Virus record (IMG/VR): IMGVR_UViG_3300022744_000020
Span: 186,001-250,000 of that record
Length of the DNA: 64,000 bases
Direction: 5' to 3' (one strand)
Both the position numbers and the translations under genes were made by a program. Shown piece by piece: positions 38,264-45,729 of the stretch. Each line of letters begins with the position of its first letter. Positions within the stretch are counted from its first letter, which is position 1. The notes beneath the pieces are model-generated. The model saw only the letters and a list, made by a program, of their open reading frames with translations, was not told where the DNA came from and did no database searches.

Positions 38264-38671
38264 ATGAATCGTTTCATCTGCCTCATCGTTCTGTTTCTCT
38301 CCCTCGGTGCCCAGGCGCAAGTCGTACCGCCAGCAAATCTGAGCATCGATCCGTATGCGGATCGAATCACGGCGTGGCTGAAGAAAAATTCGCGCGTCTA
38401 CCAGTGCGCTGATTCAGCCGTGAACCGACTGGTGGAAGATCGCAACGCGATTGTGACCCCTCAGGAATATGGGCGGATCGTCACGATTTGCTCGTCCTTC
38501 CCAGCGGCCAATCCAGGGTCGGCGATGCTTGGGGAGGAGCTCGACTACATGTGGTACGTGAAACCGCATGACCAAAAGCAACTCGCCGAGAAGAAGGCCG
38601 GTCGTCGTTGGCAAGACGTCGACGGGTACCTTCACTTTCCAGACGGCACCATCAGCAGTTCTCCCATGTAA
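38264..38671 (+). CDS. Secreted hypothetical protein
   Basis: Signal peptide MNRFICLIVLFLSLGAQA. Confidence 0.75.
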   Translation: MNRFICLIVLFLSLGAQAQVVPPANLSIDPYADRITAWLKKNSRVYQCADSAVNRLVEDRNAIVTPQEYGRIVTICSSFPAANPGSAMLGEELDYMWYVKPHDQKQLAEKKAGRRWQDVDGYLHFPDGTISSSPM

Positions 38672-38701
38672 CCGAGATCGGCTGAAGTCGGGAACGGCAA
38701 A

Positions 38702-38730
38702 GAAAAGGGGGCTCGTCCCCCTTTTCTTTT
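38702..38730 (+). terminator. Terminator
   Basis: GAAAAGGGGG-CTCGT-CCCCCTTTTC plus T run. Confidence 0.8.
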
Positions 38731-38762
38731 TACTAATTTAAAAACCATTTTCCAGATTTTTA

Positions 38763-38790
38763 CAGTCACATATAACCAATGTGAATCGAG
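38763..38790 (+). promoter_or_regulatory. Phage promoter-like motif
   Basis: CAGTCACATATAACCAATGTGAATCGAG, near-identical to 14068. Confidence 0.65.
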
Positions 38791-38840
38791 TACAAATCGT
38801 GTATTTGGTCACCATCAACCTTGACTCAATGGAGTTCCGA

Positions 38841-39143
38841 ATGCCCTTCCTCGCCCAAATCGCTGGCATCACCCTTCAAATCGTGCAGGTCTGCACACCG
38901 ACTCCGGAGTATCTGGCAGCAAAAGCCGCTCAGATGCCGCAAGCCCAGATCATGATGATCCAGCCCGCCAAGTGCGTCAACACGGGTCATTCCCTGATTG
39001 GCAAAAAGTTCTACTCCCCGGGCATTAGCGACCAATCGATGCGCACCTGCAAGCTTCAGCAAGATTACTGGAAGTGGGTTGCTTCAAAGCAAGGAGTGAC
39101 CATCACCAGTTGGTGCCTGATTGGCTCAGTCACGGCGAAATGA
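38841..39143 (+). CDS. Hypothetical protein
   Basis: GGAG 6 nt before ATG 38841. Confidence 0.65.
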   Translation: MPFLAQIAGITLQIVQVCTPTPEYLAAKAAQMPQAQIMMIQPAKCVNTGHSLIGKKFYSPGISDQSMRTCKLQQDYWKWVASKQGVTITSWCLIGSVTAK

Positions 39144-39174
39144 TCCGTGACCTGTGTTCGGTTTCATCTCGTCG

Positions 39175-39208
39175 AGAATAGGGGTTCGCCCCTATTCTTT
39201 TTTTTTTT
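39175..39208 (+). terminator. Rho-independent terminator
   Basis: AGAATAGGGG-TTCG-CCCCTATTCT plus T run. Confidence 0.9.
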
Positions 39209-39230
39209 GCCGTCTTCTATTAAAATTAAA

Positions 39231-39243
39231 CCCTATATCATCC
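39231..39243 (+). promoter_or_regulatory. Phage promoter-like motif
   Basis: CCCTATATCATCC, compare CCTATATCATC at 50847. Confidence 0.5.
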
Positions 39244-39275
39244 ATTTGCCAGTAACCCCCATGGGCTTTAGCGTA

Positions 39276-39758
39276 ATGGAAAAAAATCAAGCCATTCAAT
39301 TATTCTGGGTAGATGTCTCTCGCGCTGTTTCAAATGCTAAAGCAAATAAACTCCAGGTACATGTGGAGCGCTTTTCTTCGGATCAATGTGACGAGTTTAG
39401 ACTAATTGCAGGCGAATCCATTAAGGAGATAATGTTGAAAGATCAACCACGGAAGAAGTCCCTGATGTTTTACTGGGTCTTCTTGGCCCTCGTTTATTTG
39501 TTGGTGGGCGTGACGATTTACTTCAATGGATCTCAATGGTCCAGACAAAAGGACATCGAAGAAGCCGTGGCTGCTATGTACCTCGACTGCACCGAGCAAG
39601 CCCCACTGCAACGAATCCAAGAAGGTGTTTCACCCTCTCAGCATTTGCTTCTTTGCGGGGAGAGCAGCATGGCTTACCGAGCCATGCTGAAGAAATCAAT
39701 GCCAGATCCGCTGATCCAGGTGTTTGCATGGCCCGCCTTCATTTGGGGTAAAGTGTGA
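39276..39758 (+). CDS. Single-TM membrane protein
   Basis: LMFYWVFLALVYLLVGVTIYF. Confidence 0.7.
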   Translation: MEKNQAIQLFWVDVSRAVSNAKANKLQVHVERFSSDQCDEFRLIAGESIKEIMLKDQPRKKSLMFYWVFLALVYLLVGVTIYFNGSQWSRQKDIEEAVAAMYLDCTEQAPLQRIQEGVSPSQHLLLCGESSMAYRAMLKKSMPDPLIQVFAWPAFIWGKV

Positions 39759-39761
39759 GCT

Positions 39762-40286
39762 TTGCGATCTTTGTTTCCACGAAAGACGATAGGTGATAAA
39801 TTGATACTGCAAAACGTCTCGTTGAGACTGGCTACTCGCCCGTCCGACAAACGTCGAGATAAAATCGATGGTCCGGTGAACGTGATCATTCGAATTCTCG
39901 ACCATCTGACCGAAACTCACCCTACTGACCATGGGGTGGATTATTGGTTCGAAGAAGAAAGGCTTTGGGCCTATCAAGATCCCAGCATTCAAGTCCATGA
40001 ATTCCGTTTCAACAATGTGGACTGGATGAAGCCTGGAAGCATCAATCGAGAGCAAGCGCAGTCGATTGCCAAGATCCTGATCGAAGCAAACAAGAACAAT
40101 CACAACGTGCTCGTTCACTGCGTGCAAGGAGAGTCGCGCAGTGCCGCCGTTGTCAAAGCAGCGCTCCAGTCGTTCAAAGACGCCACGTGCCCCACTGAAA
40201 TTCCGTGGTGCAACAACAGCGTTTGCGATGTGATCAAGTACGAGATTCTCCGGGCTAATCGCCGGGAAGATCGTGCACCTCAGTAG
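39762..40286 (+). CDS. Cys-dependent protein tyrosine/dual-specificity phosphatase-like protein
   Basis: VLVHCVQGESRSAAV (HCx5R) and an upstream D-containing loop FNNVDW; start uncertain. Confidence 0.8.
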   Translation: MRSLFPRKTIGDKLILQNVSLRLATRPSDKRRDKIDGPVNVIIRILDHLTETHPTDHGVDYWFEEERLWAYQDPSIQVHEFRFNNVDWMKPGSINREQAQSIAKILIEANKNNHNVLVHCVQGESRSAAVVKAALQSFKDATCPTEIPWCNNSVCDVIKYEILRANRREDRAPQ

Positions 40287-41178
40287 ACCCACGCTCGCCA
40301 AGAAGGCGATTTCCAACCCCTCAGCAAGAAAGGCTGAACTCGTGACCACCAAACAAAAATCCGTCAAAATCGGGAAGATACTAGGATGCGCCGTTATCGG
40401 CGGCGTCGCCTTGTATTTCGCCGTCAAAATTCTGATTGCCACCATGGCGATCGTGGCCGCTGGAGCGATCGGCTTCACGGCTGTGATGCTCTACCCGACG
40501 TTCCTGGAGCTGTTGGCTTACAACCAGCTCCAAGGAATGATTGCCATCTGGAAAGGCAATCCTGGTTTTGCCTTGCGGCGAAATCTCTTCGACATGAACG
40601 AGGATCACCAAAACCGATCCAAATCGACACTGCAACTCATCGGGGTTGGGCGCACCCTAGAAGATCGCCACGCCGAATCTTCCCGTCGATATCCGGACTC
40701 AGCAACCACCAGGTCTCTCCTGAGCCGAATCGACATGGTTCGTAAATCGGTTGATCATCAAAAGAAATTACTCGCCAATTCGGCTCAGGCTCTCGAGGCG
40801 TACGAGGCGCGGATTGAAGAGCTGGAATTTGATTGGGAGTCCGATCAGCAGATCAACAAGGCCGCGGGCATCTTGTCGGCGCTTACCGGACAAAGTCGCC
40901 GAGCCGCCATGCGTCAGGTGCGCGAAGACACGGCGCTCAAAGCGATCCGCAGCCAAGCAGCCGAAGCCATGGCGGCACTTGAGATGTCTCAACTCGAAGG
41001 AAACGCATTCACCCGCGAGGTCGAAGTCTCGGCTCGCGAGAGTCGGATGGCCGAAGATCAGCGACAGAAGGATCGCGACCGCACCATCGAAGCAGCGCCC
41101 CAACTGGAAAACGAATCCCGCCGTGGGCTGTTCGACAGCTTTCAGCAACAAGATTCTCGTCAAACCCAAAAGAAGTAA
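40273..41178 (+). CDS. Membrane-anchored coiled-coil protein (PspA/IM30-like architecture)
   Basis: Two N-terminal hydrophobic helices, then long heptad segments; start may be later. Confidence 0.6.
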   Translation: MHLSRPTLAKKAISNPSARKAELVTTKQKSVKIGKILGCAVIGGVALYFAVKILIATMAIVAAGAIGFTAVMLYPTFLELLAYNQLQGMIAIWKGNPGFALRRNLFDMNEDHQNRSKSTLQLIGVGRTLEDRHAESSRRYPDSATTRSLLSRIDMVRKSVDHQKKLLANSAQALEAYEARIEELEFDWESDQQINKAAGILSALTGQSRRAAMRQVREDTALKAIRSQAAEAMAALEMSQLEGNAFTREVEVSARESRMAEDQRQKDRDRTIEAAPQLENESRRGLFDSFQQQDSRQTQKK

Positions 41179-41187
41179 AGGTCCATC

Positions 41188-41349
41188 ATGCGCCTGCTTT
41201 TTGCTACTCTCGTTCTGGCAGCCTGCTTGGCCGTCGCCTACTTCCGTTCGGAAGGTACCCTGGGACTGCCCGAAATGAATATGCCCTCCAGTGGAGCACC
41301 AGCCCCCGCGCCCGCCACTCCGGCCGGCACTTCTTCCTTCAAGCTCTGA
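41188..41349 (+). CDS. 53-aa membrane/secreted peptide not in the ORF track
   Basis: MRLLFATLVLAACLAVAYFRSEG...PAPAPATPAGTSSFKL, fills the gap between two co-oriented genes. Confidence 0.7.
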   Translation: MRLLFATLVLAACLAVAYFRSEGTLGLPEMNMPSSGAPAPAPATPAGTSSFKL

Positions 41350-41365
41350 ACCAAGGACTTCTCAA

Positions 41366-42283
41366 ATGAAAAAGCTTTTCCTCGGCCTGATCGTGGCCCT
41401 GTTCTCCTTCCAGGTGTTCGCTCAGTCGAAGCCTCTGATCCTCATTGGAGGCTCGAACACCGAGTCTTCGATGTACTCGGCCATGGCCAGAGAGATCATC
41501 GGAACCTGTCGGGCTGAGGTGGCCGCCGCCTCTGGGTACACCCTCACTCAGGGGTTCAGCACCGGTACGGTGGACACCTTCGGCAAGATGCGAGCCAAAG
41601 CAGGCTGGGTGGCATTTGCCCAAGACGACATCCGCCAACTCTACATGAACAATGAGAAGGCTTCGATGGCCGGTTTCCTTCCGCTGATGGGGCTGAATCA
41701 TGAAGCTTATCATTTCATCGGTCCGGCTTCGGTTAAAGACGGATGGTTCGGTAAAAAGGCTCCCCAACTGGTGGAAGATCTGAGCGGCATGACCATCGCA
41801 GTTACCGAAACGGGAATGCTGAGCCTTCGTTGGTACATGCACTTGACGGGTATTGCGTTGAATCCGGTTCAGTTCGCTGATTCGGATGCGGCGATCGACG
41901 CCGTTAAAACCGGCAAAGCGGCTGCTGCATTGATCGTGACTTCTCGCGACAACCCGGCTATTGAACAGATGGGGAAGAAGACTGGCGGCTCGCTGAAGCT
42001 GCTGGGTCTGAGCAAGGCCCATGCTGACAAACTCAAGGCGGCGGGCTATCTGATCGAATCGTTGTCCTACCCGGGCTTGGGAATGGCGGTCACGGCGTGG
42101 ACCCGGGTGGTTCTGATGGCTCAGAACTTCAATGCACCTGATCGTCGGAGTGGTATTTCCGCTCTGCGCAAGTGCATTTCCGACAACCTGCCTGAGCTGA
42201 TCGACGAAGCAACCTTCACGTCGGCAGCATGGCGCGGGGTGGATCTGAAGGCCCCGATCAAGGCCGAAGAACTCTGGAAGTAA
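41366..42283 (+). CDS. TAXI-family-like periplasmic solute-binding protein
   Basis: Signal peptide VFA|Q; GG...MY; STGTVDT; AFAQDD; LNHEAYHFI; VEDLSGMTIAV. Confidence 0.7.
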   Translation: MKKLFLGLIVALFSFQVFAQSKPLILIGGSNTESSMYSAMAREIIGTCRAEVAAASGYTLTQGFSTGTVDTFGKMRAKAGWVAFAQDDIRQLYMNNEKASMAGFLPLMGLNHEAYHFIGPASVKDGWFGKKAPQLVEDLSGMTIAVTETGMLSLRWYMHLTGIALNPVQFADSDAAIDAVKTGKAAAALIVTSRDNPAIEQMGKKTGGSLKLLGLSKAHADKLKAAGYLIESLSYPGLGMAVTAWTRVVLMAQNFNAPDRRSGISALRKCISDNLPELIDEATFTSAAWRGVDLKAPIKAEELWK

Positions 42284-42302
42284 AACTCTTCTGGTTTGAA
42301 GC

Positions 42303-42337
42303 GGGCGGATGGTTTCGGCCATCCGCTCTTTCTTTTT
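42303..42337 (+). terminator. Rho-independent terminator
   Basis: GGGCGGATGGT-TTCG-GCCATCCGCTC plus T run. Confidence 0.85.
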
Positions 42338-42347
42338 AGTTTGGAGC

Positions 42348-42845
42348 ATGGAAATGAAACTCGATCAAATTGAACAAAACTTAAGCTGGTTCACTCAGAA
42401 CCTGACCGCTGGATTTGTTGTAAATCTCATTGCCTCAAATCCACAAAAGACTTTCCTTTTAGCAAACCAAATAAAAAGGGCTCTTGATCCAGAAGAAACT
42501 AAGTTGGATTTTCTGGATCAAGACGCTTTCAGCCAAGAGGTGTCCGGCTGGGACCAATATCACGAATGGGTTGGAAAGCGTCGGCAACAACTCGGTCAAG
42601 AAGGCAAAGTTTTGGTACTTTGTGGAGTTCCTTCTTGGGTTCGCACCGTAACCCAAGAAGACGTGCTCACTGATTCAGGTGACACTACTGAGAACCTCTG
42701 GGTGTTCCAAAAATTCACCCGATGGATACAGGAATTGGATTGCGTTATTTCTGAAAACCGAAATGGAGACTTATTGCTTCACAAACTCCGAGGGGTTGCA
42801 AATGCAACATTTAGTTTGCGTGACCCATTGATCATTTCAAGTTGA
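42348..42845 (+). CDS. Hypothetical protein (possible degenerate RecA/DnaB-like fold)
   Basis: GGAG RBS; IASNPQKT, KVLVLCG, LLLHKLRG. Confidence 0.6.
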   Translation: MEMKLDQIEQNLSWFTQNLTAGFVVNLIASNPQKTFLLANQIKRALDPEETKLDFLDQDAFSQEVSGWDQYHEWVGKRRQQLGQEGKVLVLCGVPSWVRTVTQEDVLTDSGDTTENLWVFQKFTRWIQELDCVISENRNGDLLLHKLRGVANATFSLRDPLIISS

Positions 42846-42863
42846 CGTCACTCGGAGGCTGAA

Positions 42864-43319
42864 ATGAGATGGACACAAGCTCAAAGAGACCGCGCTTTTA
42901 AAGCGCTCAAGAATATTCACGAGCCCAAATACCAATCCAAAGAAGCGATGGTGCTCCTGGAGAGCTTAAGGAGGCATTTGGAAGAAAAGCAGGCACAAAT
43001 GCGCTACCTCAGCATCAATCTTGGTGTCGAGGTGTTGCAGCAAGAGACAAATGAGTTTCTCAGAAATTGGTCTGATCATCCAGATCGTTGCCTAGACCCG
43101 TTTTTCAAAACGGTGGCAGTTACCTGCGATCTCCAAACTGCACCACGTACCCAAGATGGCCCTCTGCTACCAACGGGGGTCGTATTGCTCAATTACAACT
43201 TAGCTTTGAATGATCTTCTTTTGGGAAGAGCACCGGTCTGTCTTTTCCGTCCATCGACATTCTCAGATCACCCACTTCAGCAAATGTGGTTTGATCAATT
43301 TGGAACCCAAAACCCCTGA
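42864..43319 (+). CDS. Hypothetical protein
   Basis: GGAGG RBS. Confidence 0.7.
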   Translation: MRWTQAQRDRAFKALKNIHEPKYQSKEAMVLLESLRRHLEEKQAQMRYLSINLGVEVLQQETNEFLRNWSDHPDRCLDPFFKTVAVTCDLQTAPRTQDGPLLPTGVVLLNYNLALNDLLLGRAPVCLFRPSTFSDHPLQQMWFDQFGTQNP

Positions 43320-43328
43320 GGAAAGAAA

Positions 43329-44015
43329 ATGGAACACACTGAAACTCAACCGAATAACACAGCTACCTTTGATCAATTCTTGACCGGTTGGCTTAGGCAG
43401 ATACCAAACATGCCAGGGGATGAATCGAGCGCACTAAGAGTTCTTGAAATCATCAGCAACCAGCAAGATAAGATGGCCTTGATGGCTTCCAATCGAGTCA
43501 ACGAAGCTCTGAATCTGCTTATCAGTACGACACATCACCAAGCTGTTCGACTCAGGAGCGAGGTTAAGTTTGTTCAAGGTCCTGAGCATTTGTCGAAAGA
43601 CGTGTCACTGATCCACGAGTTTGTTTCTGACTATCCTCGTGGCGGAATCCCCATCAAAAATAATAAAATCCGTGACACCGTCACGGATACGATTTTTTGG
43701 GCAATCATTGACAGTGTGGCGAGGCTCGACTACATTGGATCGAAAGAAGGGTTTCGTATTTTGTTCACCCCGGCAATCCTGACAAGCGTCTGGGATGAGG
43801 AGGATAACTTAGGACCTTGCCAAAAACAGAAGATCACCTTTGAATTGAGGTACACGTTTGATTACCCTGGATTAGTGAACCTTCACGACACCACACAGCT
43901 CAAGGAAAGATGCGATATTCTTTCGGCCAATGGTTTCTTTGAAAGTATCTTGAAGAAGGGGTTTCACGGCATTGTCCTGCAGCGCTTCGCTTCCAAGTAC
44001 CGAAACATCATTTAA
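43329..44015 (+). CDS. Hypothetical protein
   Basis: ORF in operon. Confidence 0.75.
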   Translation: MEHTETQPNNTATFDQFLTGWLRQIPNMPGDESSALRVLEIISNQQDKMALMASNRVNEALNLLISTTHHQAVRLRSEVKFVQGPEHLSKDVSLIHEFVSDYPRGGIPIKNNKIRDTVTDTIFWAIIDSVARLDYIGSKEGFRILFTPAILTSVWDEEDNLGPCQKQKITFELRYTFDYPGLVNLHDTTQLKERCDILSANGFFESILKKGFHGIVLQRFASKYRNII

Positions 44016-44035
44016 TCTACCAATACCCAGCCACC

Positions 44036-44629
44036 ATGAACGACGATTACTGCAACACCTGCCCCACCAATTCCAAGGGCAGCATCACGAACTGTTTGGC
44101 CACCACCTGCTCTCAACGCGATCTGATGGTTGAGGAGAATTGGCTTCTTGGCCGACTGATCACCGAACATCATCGGATTGTTGCCACTATTAAAAGGGGC
44201 AACCAGATTGTCGAAGAGAATCGTCTTCGCCGTGAGGCTTACACCAAAACCCCCGTGGTCTGGTCTGGCCTGACACTCACTCAGGAGGTCATTGATGATG
44301 CTGAGCGGCTGATCAAATCTCGACTGATGGAGAGTGTTCTGAAGCTTCTGCAAAGCCATGGCGCCACGCCTGCTCAAGCGCAACAGATCTACGATGAACG
44401 CAAGCTTGCGACGGATCTTCCGATTCCCGACAGCTACACGTTCAGCAACGGGTTCATTCTCGGCAAGATGAAAACCCGTGAGCTTTTCGCTCGGATCAAC
44501 GAGCGCCGGATCATGATGGCTGTGAAGTTGGCAATGGACAGCTTCAATGAAAACCATCCCAACATGGACACTGCCGGGTTGCTCAGGATTTTCCACGACG
44601 ACATCAAGAAAACCACGGATCAACTCTGA
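44036..44629 (+). CDS. Hypothetical protein with Cys-rich N-terminus
   Basis: CNTC...NC...TC. Confidence 0.75.
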   Translation: MNDDYCNTCPTNSKGSITNCLATTCSQRDLMVEENWLLGRLITEHHRIVATIKRGNQIVEENRLRREAYTKTPVVWSGLTLTQEVIDDAERLIKSRLMESVLKLLQSHGATPAQAQQIYDERKLATDLPIPDSYTFSNGFILGKMKTRELFARINERRIMMAVKLAMDSFNENHPNMDTAGLLRIFHDDIKKTTDQL

Positions 44630-45141
44630 TGAAACATCTGATCATCACCTACCTGCCGTACGTGCTCAGCACCATCACCATCTACCAGGTGTTTTTGGCA
44701 GGAAACAAAAACGTTCACGCGTGGATCATTGGGATGGGTAACCAGGTGCTCTGGTTGACTTGGATTCTTGTCAGCCAGAATTATGGTCTTCTCCCGATGA
44801 ACGTCGCGATGTGGGTCCTGTACACCCGCAACCATTTCAAATGGAGGAAAGAGGCTTCAAACCTCAAGAAGAAATCCCAACCGATAATCCACCCCACTCG
44901 CGAATTGGCTGTTTATCCTTGCGGTCTGCATTCGATTTCTTTCCTCACTTATCACGCGAGAACCGACCACTCTCCGGTGGTGGAGTGTCGCTTAGTGAGT
45001 GAGGATGATTTTCGCGGATGCGGGAAAGTCAAGTTCTCTACCGAAGAAGTTTCTTTCGACGATATGAGGCAAGCCTACGATTTGGCTCAGGTTGACCTTC
45101 AACAAACCATCTCTAAATATTGCGGACCTCAAAAATGCTGA
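44629..45141 (+). CDS. Half-size PnuC-like membrane domain fused to a soluble domain
   Basis: Three TM helices with AWIIGMGNQVLW and LYTRNHFKW. Confidence 0.55.
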   Translation: MKHLIITYLPYVLSTITIYQVFLAGNKNVHAWIIGMGNQVLWLTWILVSQNYGLLPMNVAMWVLYTRNHFKWRKEASNLKKKSQPIIHPTRELAVYPCGLHSISFLTYHARTDHSPVVECRLVSEDDFRGCGKVKFSTEEVSFDDMRQAYDLAQVDLQQTISKYCGPQKC

Positions 45142-45356
45142 CTGCAGAAACAACCGTGATCGTTCTTCGTGACCCGAAACTTAAGAACGAACTGGTCCCC
45201 TTCACGTTTCATAGTGAGCAGGGGTTTGAGCCGAATGCGTCGCTTAATCGGTTAGTCAGTCTGGGACTGCTCTCCCTGACGACGAAGAATGGAAGGTACC
45301 AGTTTTATAGAATCACTCCGGAAGGTCGTGAACTTTGTTTAGCCATTGGGTATTGA
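45135..45356 (+). CDS. Small winged-helix-like protein
   Basis: SLNRLVSLGLL...YRITPEGRE. Confidence 0.6.
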   Translation: MLTAETTVIVLRDPKLKNELVPFTFHSEQGFEPNASLNRLVSLGLLSLTTKNGRYQFYRITPEGRELCLAIGY

Positions 45357-45359
45357 ATT

Positions 45360-45683
45360 ATGAAAATTGCAGATAAACTCCGATTGCTTAATGTAAACCC
45401 AGAGACCTTAGAGGGGTGGAGTCCGAGCATTTTGTTACGGATTCTGCTCAACTCCGAAGAACTCAATGACCTTGAGGTGGAGGTTTTGCGGCTTCACGCT
45501 CCTAAAAAAGATAATCCGGATATTCTTCCAAAAAGGGTGATGATGAGTACCCAACAATTTCAAACCGCAAAAGGTCTTTACGAAAAAGGATTGTTATCGA
45601 AAACGACTCGAATGACCTATATTCTCAGCATCATGGGAACCTGGGTCTTGTCTATCATTCCTGAAGATTGTGATCGCAGCTAA
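45360..45683 (+). CDS. Small winged-helix-like protein
   Basis: AKGLYEKGLLSKTTRMTYILSIMG. Confidence 0.5.
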   Translation: MKIADKLRLLNVNPETLEGWSPSILLRILLNSEELNDLEVEVLRLHAPKKDNPDILPKRVMMSTQQFQTAKGLYEKGLLSKTTRMTYILSIMGTWVLSIIPEDCDRS

Positions 45684-45685
45684 AC

Positions 45686-45700
45686 AAAGCGATACATCAT
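45686..45700 (+). promoter_or_regulatory. Phage promoter-like motif
   Basis: AAAGCGATACATCAT, identical to 23007. Confidence 0.65.
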
Positions 45701-45729
45701 CCAACCGCCACAACCAACAAGGCACTGAC

